A stretch of DNA of 64,000 bases from a virus (Duplodnaviria; Caudoviricetes), in the IMG/VR virus record IMGVR_UViG_2061766007_000586, positions 96,001 through 160,000 of that record; one strand, given 5' to 3'. Position 1 is the first letter of the stretch; the number at the start of each line of letters is the position of its first letter. Positions 31,213-39,733 of this stretch are shown here, piece by piece. The translations under genes were made by a program, and so were the position numbers. The notes under the pieces are model-generated. The model did not search any database. It was not told where the DNA came from and saw only the letters and a list, made by a program, of their open reading frames with translations.

Positions 31213-31293
31213 TGGTGGAGCTAGTGGGGATCGAACCCACGTCTTGCGGCGGCACTTTGGCTTTAACCGCAATCGACACCATGTCATAGCCCC
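31213..31293 (-). ncRNA. tmRNA-like tRNA-like domain (81 nt, Ala identity, encoded CCA) lacking the mRNA-like domain
   Basis: GGGGCUA/UAGCUCC-ACCA acceptor with G3:U70 and A73; D-loop UGACAUGGUGUCGA; helix UUGCGG/CCGCAA; GAC linker; T-arm GUGGG-UUCGAUC-CCCAC. Confidence 0.85.
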
Positions 31294-31302
31294 ATTTGAA
31301 AG

Positions 31303-31606
31303 ATAAACTCCTTTCTCAGGTGGAACACTATCCAGATCTTTGTGTTCCGGGTTAACCCAGTCATTACTGACTGTCTCCTTTTTCACGCCTGTGACCGAAC
31401 AATAGCATCGCTGTCTTCGGTCTACTGCTCATCACAGTATCAGGAGCGAGGGACGTATATCGTGATCAGGGTCTTGTCGCGATCAAGAACCCCACCGGAG
31501 CTACACGTTAATATGCTTGGTAGAAGCACCGTGTCTCTTCCCCTCCACACTGGACCACCTGCTTTTCCATACAGATGGCGGAGATTGGTTAAAGATTAGA
31601 GTTTAT
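31303..31606 (-). ncRNA. Unknown structured RNA of about 304 nt, directly upstream of the tmRNA-like element
   Basis: GC-elevated with no credible ORF; ends pair (AUAAACUC/GAGUUUAU); many nested hairpins; early-type promoter just upstream. Confidence 0.65.
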
Positions 31607-31617
31607 TTTTATCATTA

Positions 31618-31629
31618 TAGTCATATATA
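31618..31629 (-). promoter_or_regulatory. Early-type promoter TATATATGACTA driving the RNA cassette
   Basis: One mismatch to the TATATATTACTA 12-mer; 12 nt upstream of the RNA closing stem. Confidence 0.6.
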
Positions 31630-31659
31630 ATCGATAAATTTTGAACAACACTTTTAAAA

Positions 31660-31687
31660 GATCCTGGAGCATTTATGCTCCAGGATC
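31660..31687 (-). terminator. Intrinsic terminator
   Basis: Stem gatcctggagcat/atgctccaggatc plus U-tract. Confidence 0.9.
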
Positions 31688-31694
31688 ATAACTT

Positions 31695-33236
31695 TTATCT
31701 CTTTCTATGTTGAACAGCTTCAGCAGCTTTTTCAGCATATGACATATCAGCAGGCTTCTTAGCATGCTTGTTAAGATATTCACGTGCTTCTTTCTCATCA
31801 ACGATAGCAATACTACCTACTCCGATTTTATCAGTAGAAGGAATTTCTTTTCCTTCATTAAAATCTTTAATGATCTTACTTAAAGGACCTGGTTCTTGAT
31901 AATCAAACTTGTTGATTTCCGTATCCTTCTGTCTATTGACTAAATCATTAATAGGAGTAGTCTTATATGTTTCATGCTCAAGGTTGACAATGTAATGCTT
32001 ATCAGGATCATATCCGAATGGAGGATTAATAATCACACCATCATCAAGGACAAGAAAATGGAGATTATGAGTATCACAACTTACAATACCACCTTTCTCC
32101 ACATAGATGTAACTACCAGCTAAACCAGCTCCATTCCATATATAAAGCCAGCCACCTTTCTTAACCGTGATATTCTTTACAAAAGCAAGTTCATGAAGGC
32201 ATAACACACCATGATCTTCAACAATCACTTCTTGAAGTTCAGTATGCGGCATAAGGATTAATTTACCGCCTCTAAGAACTTTGCAGCAAGCATTATCCGT
32301 TTCTGATCCTTTAATGTAAGTTTCTTCAGTGCTGATAAGTTTCCAAGCAGGATTTGTTTGCTTTTTGTACATCAGAATAGCTTTTTCTGCAAGATTAAGT
32401 TTCTGATTCTTATTCTTACCAACTAAAGATGAAATAAAGTCAGAAGTTTTATATGCTCCATACAGATCTTCATAATCACATTTCATAGACTTCGGAGTAC
32501 TACCAATGCAATCGTGTAAGAAATCTGTCATAGTGTATTTATCAGAGAATCCGCAGTTAAGTCCGGTAATTGCTTCTTTAATAGGAAGCAGAACAAGATA
32601 AGTTTGCAGAATGAATGTTCTACCAACTGTGTAATCATCGAGAGAACATTTTAAAACTTCTCCATCACGAATACGTCTTTCCATGTCATCATGAATAAAC
32701 ATCATCATCTTAGAAGTTAATCCAATACCCTTATCAAGAGCATTGTAAAAACCACGAATGGAGTTAGCAAACTTATGAAGTGTTTTATCTCCGTTAAGTA
32801 CATTCGGAAGAAGATACTTGTTGATATGGAGATTAACTGCTCTCAGGAACTGCCAAATAGCACCTTGATCAAATGCAGTAAAAGCATCCATAATTTCATT
32901 CAGATCCTGAGCATATCTTCCGTTGAGAAAATCAAGATTATATTCTGTCGTATGATAAAACAGACATCCCTTGAAATACTCGTACAGAGATTTATGCTCT
33001 TCTGATGGAGAATAATCATCAATCGTGTTCACACGATCTGACATTCTGTATGTATTAAACATCAATTTAATACATCCATCCTGATGTGTGTAAAGGTAAC
33101 CTGCACCAGGCCCAGATACACCACGTGTTACCGTAAGTTTATACGGCTGTGTCCAAAACTCAGGATTCTGAGCTTTGACGTCGGGTTTCACCAAAGATGA
33201 ATCATCCAGGTGTTCTACAAATTGGAATTTCAGCAT
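31695..33236 (-). CDS. Hypothetical protein with a short degenerate AIDA-like beta-helix segment (513 aa)
   Basis: VLRGGKL...VIVEDHGVL...ITVKKGGWL...VEKGGIV repeats near the C-terminus; RBS aagggg. Confidence 0.75.
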   Translation of the reverse strand: MLKFQFVEHLDDSSLVKPDVKAQNPEFWTQPYKLTVTRGVSGPGAGYLYTHQDGCIKLMFNTYRMSDRVNTIDDYSPSEEHKSLYEYFKGCLFYHTTEYNLDFLNGRYAQDLNEIMDAFTAFDQGAIWQFLRAVNLHINKYLLPNVLNGDKTLHKFANSIRGFYNALDKGIGLTSKMMMFIHDDMERRIRDGEVLKCSLDDYTVGRTFILQTYLVLLPIKEAITGLNCGFSDKYTMTDFLHDCIGSTPKSMKCDYEDLYGAYKTSDFISSLVGKNKNQKLNLAEKAILMYKKQTNPAWKLISTEETYIKGSETDNACCKVLRGGKLILMPHTELQEVIVEDHGVLCLHELAFVKNITVKKGGWLYIWNGAGLAGSYIYVEKGGIVSCDTHNLHFLVLDDGVIINPPFGYDPDKHYIVNLEHETYKTTPINDLVNRQKDTEINKFDYQEPGPLSKIIKDFNEGKEIPSTDKIGVGSIAIVDEKEAREYLNKHAKKPADMSYAEKAAEAVQHRKR

Positions 33237-33350
33237 ATTTTCCCCTTGCTGTTAGGATTGATCGTTTACAATATACAGATACCATGGTTGAAACAATCTA
33301 AAGATGCATGATATCAGATAAAGGCCCTTGCCTCTATTTCAAAAAGGACT

Positions 33351-33392
33351 CACCACTAGGCAAGATGCGTGAGCATACAATACCTAGTGGTG
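33351..33392 (-). terminator. Probable terminator hairpin
   Basis: Stem caccactagg/cctagtggtg downstream of 33406, followed by a U-rich tail. Confidence 0.55.
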
Positions 33393-33405
33393 AAATAATT
33401 TGTTG

Positions 33406-36400
33406 TTACTCGAGAAGATCTTCTTCTCCAAGTTCAAGTGTTTCTAATCTTGAACCCATATGTCTGAAGATTTCTTTCGTATCGAACCATTTGTCTTTCT
33501 GTTCCTGGCTTACATTAGAAGCAATGCGAAGAATACCACCATAGCAGATATTCAGATGTTTTACTTTTACTCCATTGAAGAGTTCAAGTACACCACCTCT
33601 CACGACAGTAACATTCTCTAAGATGCTACCACCGTAAGCCGTGATTGTCGTGCCTGCTTCAACTGAAGCACCTTCCAAAACACCTTCGTTCATTACTTCA
33701 ATTCTGTTACCATCTGTTGGTTCACGGAATGACTGAAGACCTTTAACTTTACCACGGATATAGAGAACTGTACCGTTTTTAATGACAACGTTATAGAACT
33801 CCGTTCCTTTATGAACAGTGACATATATATTATCCAGAGTTAAGTCAAAACATTCGTTACTATTAACTGTGTTTAGCTCATCTCCGTCAAAATCAAGATA
33901 GCCACCACATTCATAAACATTTCCGTAGCATTCTTTCGAATCGATACGAAGCATTCCACCAGGATACACCCATGCATCATCGATATATCCTGATTTCAGA
34001 TGAACAAATCCACCATCGAGAACAGTGACTCTAGATGCTGTTGAACCATCAATTATAAGATCCGTACAGAAATTGACAGGAAGATAATCCTTCTTAGGAG
34101 ATTTATCTTCAAAAACTCCAGTCTGAATTTCTTTTTCAGAAACACCTCTCACCTGAAGATTCTTATAAGGATAGATGTCACAAGTGACTATCTTCTTATA
34201 AACTGTTTCTTTGTGTTCAGGATCTTTTACTACGGCAGGTTCAGCAGGTTCTGTATGCCAGTTGGCAGTATCAGAATAAACCACATCCTGCTTTTTTGAC
34301 GAAGGAAGATTTTCATCAATGTTTGGATCATAGATCTGAATAGATCCTTTGGACGGAGTTGTTCTCGGGTTGTCCATGACATCCCAAATACCGTAGTTGA
34401 CAAACGGAGGACCATCGATCTTTTTACAATCATACATGACATCTAAAAGATCAAACTGGAAATTCTTAGGCAACTCATTATGGAAGGATACATGTGTGAT
34501 TCTTGCTTTCTTGATAAGATCTTTAGAAAGCTCTTTAATCATTTTGTTTCCTGCAATATTGATCTGCCGCAGAGTCCACTTCTTATAAATGAAAGTATAG
34601 ATATTTACCTCAGGATTGTAACTGATTTCAGGTTTATCCCAGAACGAAGTATAGATCGATTTGTCTGATTTGTAATCATCCGTTGGGAATTCCAATTCAA
34701 GCCATGAAATGAAAGAAGAGTTCGGATAATTAGTCCTACAATGAAGAGTCAGATATCCATCTGATGTCTTACCATCTAATTCTTCAAGTTTAGTTTCAAT
34801 AGCTCGAGCCATTCTCTGCTTATTGTTTTCAGATATTTTCTTCGAAGCTTCGATAAGCTTATTGGAAGTTGAGAGCAAAGGCACATAAGCTTGGAAATTG
34901 GTAATACGGATGTTTTCTGTTTTTTCAGCCATATTAACCTGTTTTCCATTATACCAAGCTTCGGTAAAGTGAGGTACATAGAAACCTTTCGTGTCATGAT
35001 CATATCCCCAACCAGTGATCTTGATACTATCAAGAATACAATCACGTTCGAAAATAGTTTGGTCATCAGGAACCCAAAGACACCAATCAGCCAAACGAAC
35101 TGTCATATGATTTGTTTCAGGATTGAAGAGAACAATCCCATTTTTAAAACTGATAGTACATTTGACTGGTTTATCTTCACCAAAACGATTGTATTCTAAG
35201 TAAATTTCTCTTAAAGTACAAACGTTGTTAGCAGAATAACCACCAATAACTAAATTACTGGGATACTGCGAAGATAATTCCTTGGCTTCTTTCTGCCAAT
35301 CATATCTTGAATCGTCTACGGGTTTGCATTCAGGATCACCAAGACATTCATAGCACAGAGGCTCATCACAAACGTAAAGGTTCTTCTGTCTAAAGAGAGC
35401 ACCTTTCTTATCAATGAGACATCTGAAATCTTTGGTAGATCTATAAGTCATTCCAAGAATATCAGCCTTAGCAAGGAAGTCAAGATCTCCTGCGGACATA
35501 TCCGTTTCTGCATCAACAAGATAACAATCTTTCAAATGCAGTAATCCTCTATACTCGAAAGTAGCTTTATCTCTCGGATCAAGAGGATTCATAAACTTGT
35601 AAGGTTCCTCAAGCTTACATGGCTTACTACAGCAATTCCAGGAATCCATTTTGCAATAAAGTTTATAATTGTGATTCAGAATGTGAACAAGAAGATATTC
35701 AAATTCAAAATCTTCAACTTTATCCGTAGTTGTGTATAACGTCAAATACACATCAGACTGATCATTCAGGTCGTAAGTTTTATCATCAGTTGATTTAATT
35801 TTATCATCAGATGCTTTCACTTCAACACCTTCTTCCATTTTGATAAGTTTAAGTGATTCTTCCTTAACTTTAGGATTCACATAAACAGTTGATCCTGTAC
35901 AAGCAGTTACATGATGAGTATGTGTTCTTGGGCAAATCGAAATAGAGCCACCCTTAGCAATATAAATATTTTTAAGATGTGCTCTATCCTCAGCAAACAA
36001 ATGTCCACCATCTAACACAACAACAGAATCAATGATGCTATGTGCTTTTGCCAGAACATAACCATTTTTACCAATATGTGAATCTTTTAAGATACCATAT
36101 TCGTAAACTGTTCCTTCGTTAAGAATTTCACAATCTTTGAAAGTTGTCACATGATGGATAGTAAAAGGGGTGGCAACAATACTACCCTGCAGAGCACTAG
36201 TCATGAAATGAATAGTGGAAGTATCATCGAAAGAAACCCAACCACCAAGTTCTCTAATATTAGAAACTGTGGCATTATGGCTGATATTCAATCTTCCGTT
36301 TCTCACATCAATACTACCGATGTTTCCACCATAGCAGATTACTCCACCATCGCCTAACATATTAATATGTTCGACCGAACCACTAACTTTCATAGACCAA

Positions 36401-36510
36401 GTGTAATGGTCATCTTTGTAGTTCGTAAGATCAGATGAATTAACGAGTGTAAAAGTTTCACGTTTAATATCATCTGGTTCGATTGTAATGCATGTACTAC
36501 TGCATTTCAT
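33406..36510 (-). CDS. Hypothetical protein with N- and C-terminal degenerate AIDA-like beta-helix domains (1034 aa)
   Basis: NIRELGGWV...TIHHVT and NVYECGGYL...VTVHKGT match the ENGGYV...TVHSGT unit of the 3464-aa protein; RBS aaggag. Confidence 0.8.
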   Translation of the reverse strand: MKCSSTCITIEPDDIKRETFTLVNSSDLTNYKDDHYTWSMKVSGSVEHINMLGDGGVICYGGNIGSIDVRNGRLNISHNATVSNIRELGGWVSFDDTSTIHFMTSALQGSIVATPFTIHHVTTFKDCEILNEGTVYEYGILKDSHIGKNGYVLAKAHSIIDSVVVLDGGHLFAEDRAHLKNIYIAKGGSISICPRTHTHHVTACTGSTVYVNPKVKEESLKLIKMEEGVEVKASDDKIKSTDDKTYDLNDQSDVYLTLYTTTDKVEDFEFEYLLVHILNHNYKLYCKMDSWNCCSKPCKLEEPYKFMNPLDPRDKATFEYRGLLHLKDCYLVDAETDMSAGDLDFLAKADILGMTYRSTKDFRCLIDKKGALFRQKNLYVCDEPLCYECLGDPECKPVDDSRYDWQKEAKELSSQYPSNLVIGGYSANNVCTLREIYLEYNRFGEDKPVKCTISFKNGIVLFNPETNHMTVRLADWCLWVPDDQTIFERDCILDSIKITGWGYDHDTKGFYVPHFTEAWYNGKQVNMAEKTENIRITNFQAYVPLLSTSNKLIEASKKISENNKQRMARAIETKLEELDGKTSDGYLTLHCRTNYPNSSFISWLELEFPTDDYKSDKSIYTSFWDKPEISYNPEVNIYTFIYKKWTLRQINIAGNKMIKELSKDLIKKARITHVSFHNELPKNFQFDLLDVMYDCKKIDGPPFVNYGIWDVMDNPRTTPSKGSIQIYDPNIDENLPSSKKQDVVYSDTANWHTEPAEPAVVKDPEHKETVYKKIVTCDIYPYKNLQVRGVSEKEIQTGVFEDKSPKKDYLPVNFCTDLIIDGSTASRVTVLDGGFVHLKSGYIDDAWVYPGGMLRIDSKECYGNVYECGGYLDFDGDELNTVNSNECFDLTLDNIYVTVHKGTEFYNVVIKNGTVLYIRGKVKGLQSFREPTDGNRIEVMNEGVLEGASVEAGTTITAYGGSILENVTVVRGGVLELFNGVKVKHLNICYGGILRIASNVSQEQKDKWFDTKEIFRHMGSRLETLELGEEDLLE

Positions 36511-36540
36511 AAATAATTTCTCCTTATTAAGGTTAAAAAT

Positions 36541-36565
36541 AGAAGAAGGGATTAACCCTTCTTCT
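36541..36565 (-). terminator. Hairpin overlapping a stop codon (terminator or attenuator)
   Basis: Stem agaagaaggg/cccttcttct, then U-rich sequence on the minus strand. Confidence 0.55.
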
Positions 36566-37382
36566 TAGACTTGTTAATTTTGTTACTCCAGACAATGGTC
36601 TCTGTAAAGATTCCATTGTCACCTTCATCAATTTCATTGATGATCTGTGTACCGTCCTCAATCAAGAGTCCATCAAGAGATGATAACTTTGCTCCATCAA
36701 AAGCTTTGCGATAGATTTTAACCGTATTGAGAACTTTCACATTTTTAAATGTGATATCATCTCCACCGTAGATGCTAAGTGTACCGGTGTTAACAGATAC
36801 GTCTTCCATAACACCTTTATACACTCTCAACTCACCGTTAGATTCACATGTTTTGATGGAACCACCACGAAGGTAAACCATGGCTCTTTCACAGATCTTA
36901 GATCCGGATAAAATTCCACCATCGTAAATCATGCAATTTGAATTGGCAAGAAGAGATGTATGATTGATATGTGTACCATTATGGATCGTGCATACACCAT
37001 CAATGATGGCAATATAGCCATTAAAATGGAATGTGAGTTCGGGTGTATAATCAGCATCTTTGAGAAATACGGAACCACCTTCTTCCGAAATATCTCGAAC
37101 AGTGGCGTTCTTAACGAACAGTTCACCTCTTTGCCAAAGACTGATCTTTTCAATCTCACCTTCAATGGCTTGTACTTTACCACCCTGCTTAACTGTCACT
37201 GTGGAAACTTTACCACCGTTAACAATAAGCTCGGTACAAACAAAGTGAGGATTACCTTGATCATCGATCAAGCATCCGCACTGATCTTCATGAAATCCTT
37301 TGTCGTTCATGACAACGACATTTGAGATAAAATCTCCAGGACCAACAGCAATCGTACAAAGTGCATGCTTTTTAATTTGCAT
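36552..37382 (-). CDS. AIDA-like beta-helix protein (276 aa)
   Basis: VTVKQGGKV, DISEEGGSV...CTIHNGT and IYDGGIL repeats. Confidence 0.8.
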   Translation of the reverse strand: MQIKKHALCTIAVGPGDFISNVVVMNDKGFHEDQCGCLIDDQGNPHFVCTELIVNGGKVSTVTVKQGGKVQAIEGEIEKISLWQRGELFVKNATVRDISEEGGSVFLKDADYTPELTFHFNGYIAIIDGVCTIHNGTHINHTSLLANSNCMIYDGGILSGSKICERAMVYLRGGSIKTCESNGELRVYKGVMEDVSVNTGTLSIYGGDDITFKNVKVLNTVKIYRKAFDGAKLSSLDGLLIEDGTQIINEIDEGDNGIFTETIVWSNKINKSKKKG

Positions 37383-37896
37383 TTTCTTCCACCTTAGGCT
37401 GGAAGATTCTGATAACAGAATCTTTTATAATTGAAAGTTTAGGATGTATAATGTTGTCAATGAATTCATGAGGATTTTTATATCCTCTATATTCGTAATA
37501 CTTGTCGTCAACATAAAGAACAGCATTCTCTTCAAAATTCAAGACAATATCTTTTGTCTTAGAAAGAAATGCTAAGCCTACATGTAAACGACCGTTTTCT
37601 TGAATATGGATTGAATGAATTTCAGGAGTTCCTGCAATATATACCGATGCTAATGCACCAATATGAATTGTGTTAGCAACACAATGATATCCAATCTTTG
37701 CTGTTAAATTTAAACCTTTACAAAGAACAAGAGTATCAACGATTGCACCATCATACATTGCAAGTTCAGTACACGACATTGTAACATTATCCATTGAACT
37801 TACAACGTCATTGATAGAATTGGTTACAAGAACCTTACCTACCTTGTCTCCTCTTTCAAGTACAAGACGACGTGTGAGTAATTCCGTTAATTGCAT
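37372..37896 (-). CDS. Degenerate beta-helix protein (174 aa; start reassigned to 37896)
   Basis: RBS aaggag before ATG-CAA (MQLTELL); N-terminus parallels 36552..37382 (GD....V.V ... CTEL). Confidence 0.7.
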   Translation of the reverse strand: MQLTELLTRRLVLERGDKVGKVLVTNSINDVVSSMDNVTMSCTELAMYDGAIVDTLVLCKGLNLTAKIGYHCVANTIHIGALASVYIAGTPEIHSIHIQENGRLHVGLAFLSKTKDIVLNFEENAVLYVDDKYYEYRGYKNPHEFIDNIIHPKLSIIKDSVIRIFQPKVEENAN

Positions 37897-37906
37897 TTGA
37901 GTCTCC

Positions 37907-38194
37907 TTATCGAGGTGTATATTGACATTCTGTTGTAACTTCGAAAATATTCTTTGAACAAAGATCACAGATAGGAAATTGCTTCTTATCTGTTTTGAAA
38001 TTTGCACAACTTGTACATTTTTTGATTTGTGGAATACTGTAGATAAATTTTGCATTAGCATTAACAGCACACCAAATACCATCGATGTCATTTTTGAAAG
38101 TTTGAATTGCTCCTAACAAAAATAACTTATCCTGCTTGAGCATATTGATTTGCTGCTGAAGCTCTTTGATTTTCTTACGATTGAAAAGATCCAC
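37907..38194 (-). CDS. Small protein with coiled coil and CxxC...CxxC zinc-finger-like motif (95 aa)
   Basis: GTG start with RBS aaggagg; CTSC...CDLC; first gene after an early-type promoter at about 38228-38239. Confidence 0.75.
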   Translation of the reverse strand: MDLFNRKKIKELQQQINMLKQDKLFLLGAIQTFKNDIDGIWCAVNANAKFIYSIPQIKKCTSCANFKTDKKQFPICDLCSKNIFEVTTECQYTPR

Positions 38195-38271
38195 AATAAA
38201 CCTCCTTGCTTAAATTGGTTACATTTAAGTTATATATATTTTAACCTATTATCAAAAAAAATAAAAGAACA

Positions 38272-38301
38272 GCTCGTAGGCGTTGCCACACGCCTACGAG
38301 C
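38272..38301 (-). terminator. Intrinsic terminator ending the 600-nt RNA
   Basis: Stem gctcgtaggcg/cgcctacgagc plus long U-tract. Confidence 0.9.
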
Positions 38302-38890
38302 CATTAATTGTTCCAGGGACCCGGTCAACAAAATCCCTTATCATCCATGTTACCTACCTCACTTGCGTACGACTTATTGCCAATGCGTAACTCACTAAAC
38401 CAAAGTTATTCACTCATCAGAGTAAATAGTTTACGTCCTAGTAAGCTGGATAGATTTTGAGACCAACTGAAAGTGGCATTTTCAGTATCTCAAGGGCTGT
38501 ACCGAAGCAGCTCAGCATGTGTGAATTCTAGTATCGGATTGTCCTGGCTAGTACCAGTTAGACTAATTGGATCTCACTCTTACACGTTTCAAAAACTCGT
38601 CACATCGGATGTACATGGAGCTCAGGGAACCGCTTTTCGACTATAAGACCTTTTCATCTCTAACACGTGGTGTTGATCTAGGTTATCCACGCGTAGTACA
38701 TGATGCAGTGACCGACGTCTGCGTTCAAATACGACTATCATGCTAGCCGTCCATGGCAAAGAAATGAGGATCAAGGTGGACTCTCTCGATCCTCAACGTA
38801 ACTAGAATTCTTGTCCAGACGAGATATCTTCTTGGCGCCATCGACTACATCCTCATGGCCTATCTGAGCCTGCATCAGCACTCTAGTATA
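38272..38890 (-). ncRNA. Unknown large structured RNA of about 600 nt
   Basis: Non-coding and GC-elevated; bounded by promoter motifs (38886-38907) and a terminator; 10-bp long-range helix GAAUUCUAGU/ACUAGAAUUC; many hairpins, with UUCG and GCAA loops. Confidence 0.7.
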
Positions 38891-38926
38891 CAATGGAGAC
38901 ATATATACATAAAAAATATTTGAAAA

Positions 38927-38954
38927 TGTCTGGAGATGTTTCCATCTCCAGACA
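38927..38954 (-). terminator. Intrinsic terminator of the DUF4422 pair
   Basis: Stem tgtctggagatg/catctccagaca plus U-tract. Confidence 0.9.
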
Positions 38955-38964
38955 AGATATACGA

Positions 38965-39711
38965 TTATGAGAAGAGAAGAATATGGGGCTGGACGCAACG
39001 GAACCCTTCAAGGTTCATCATTCTTGCGAAGTAATAGCCATCAACAAATTCAAGAATCTTAGCAGCTGCGCAGATAGGATAGGTCTTACCATCACCACTA
39101 TCAGCAATGACCGGCTGAAGCTGGTCGATAGCCTGCATCACTTTAGACATGAAATCATCAAGCTTTGTAGTAGGCATGATGAACAGGTTGGATGTCGGGA
39201 GATAATCATGAGCCATGAAGTCATCATGCATCTGCTGTTCTTCAGTTGAACGATTTGGATACAGAGTATCAATCAGGTCAAGTGTAATCTGCTTCAGAGA
39301 AGGATTGAAACGAGCTTCACCCATAGCATCCACATTAGGAACACCAAAACCAGCACGAGTTGGTGAAATGATGGTATCAGGAGTTAAAACACCACCCTGG
39401 TTCCAGGTATTAGCGGTATAGAAACGACGGAAATGATTAAGACCAATAAAATCAGGATTATCAAGCTTATCCAGATTCTTCCATGCCCAATACAGCTGAG
39501 AAATTTCATAAATGTAAGGATTCAGATTGGAGATGTTATCCGCACCATCATCATCACCTTGCATATCTGCATACTGTTCAGGAATATTACCAAGAGCATG
39601 TCCACCCATCACAGGCACATAGATCTCTCCTTCAGGATCATATTCCGGAAAATAGCTACGATAGTCTCTTGCATTTTTGTCGTAAGCAACGATAATTTTT
39701 AAAGCACTCAT
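38965..39711 (-). CDS. DUF4422 family glycosyltransferase-like protein
   Basis: KIIVAY..., PVMGG, GDDDG.DNISNLNP.I.E...LYWAWKN...PDFIGLNHFRR signature. Confidence 0.85.
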   Translation of the reverse strand: MSALKIIVAYDKNARDYRSYFPEYDPEGEIYVPVMGGHALGNIPEQYADMQGDDDGADNISNLNPYIYEISQLYWAWKNLDKLDNPDFIGLNHFRRFYTANTWNQGGVLTPDTIISPTRAGFGVPNVDAMGEARFNPSLKQITLDLIDTLYPNRSTEEQQMHDDFMAHDYLPTSNLFIMPTTKLDDFMSKVMQAIDQLQPVIADSGDGKTYPICAAAKILEFVDGYYFARMMNLEGFRCVQPHILLFS

Positions 39712-39733
39712 AAAAATTTCCTCTTATTTAAAG

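Noticed and set aside
31213-31293. Canonical tRNA-Ala, or a full-length or permuted tmRNA
   Set aside because: No 7-nt anticodon loop or standard D-arm spacing; the 5-prime and 3-prime halves are contiguous in normal order, so it is neither permuted nor tag-encoding.
31195-31599. ORFs 31195..31386 and 31342..31599
   Set aside because: They overlap the tRNA-like domain and the structured RNA, lack a convincing RBS and have atypical composition.
31303-31606. RNase P RNA
   Set aside because: Size and end pairing fit, but the universal GAGGAAAGUCC and AAACC/ACAGAA..CGGCUUA P4 segments are absent.
38300-38890. Group I/II intron or hammerhead ribozyme (CUGAUGAG at about 38413-38420)
   Set aside because: It interrupts no gene and has its own promoter and terminator; no domain V or P7 consensus was recognised; CUGAUGAG sits in a simple hairpin with no GAAA partner.
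38150-38998. ORFs 38150..38398 and 38771..38998
   Set aside because: They cross terminators and the structured RNA; likely spurious.
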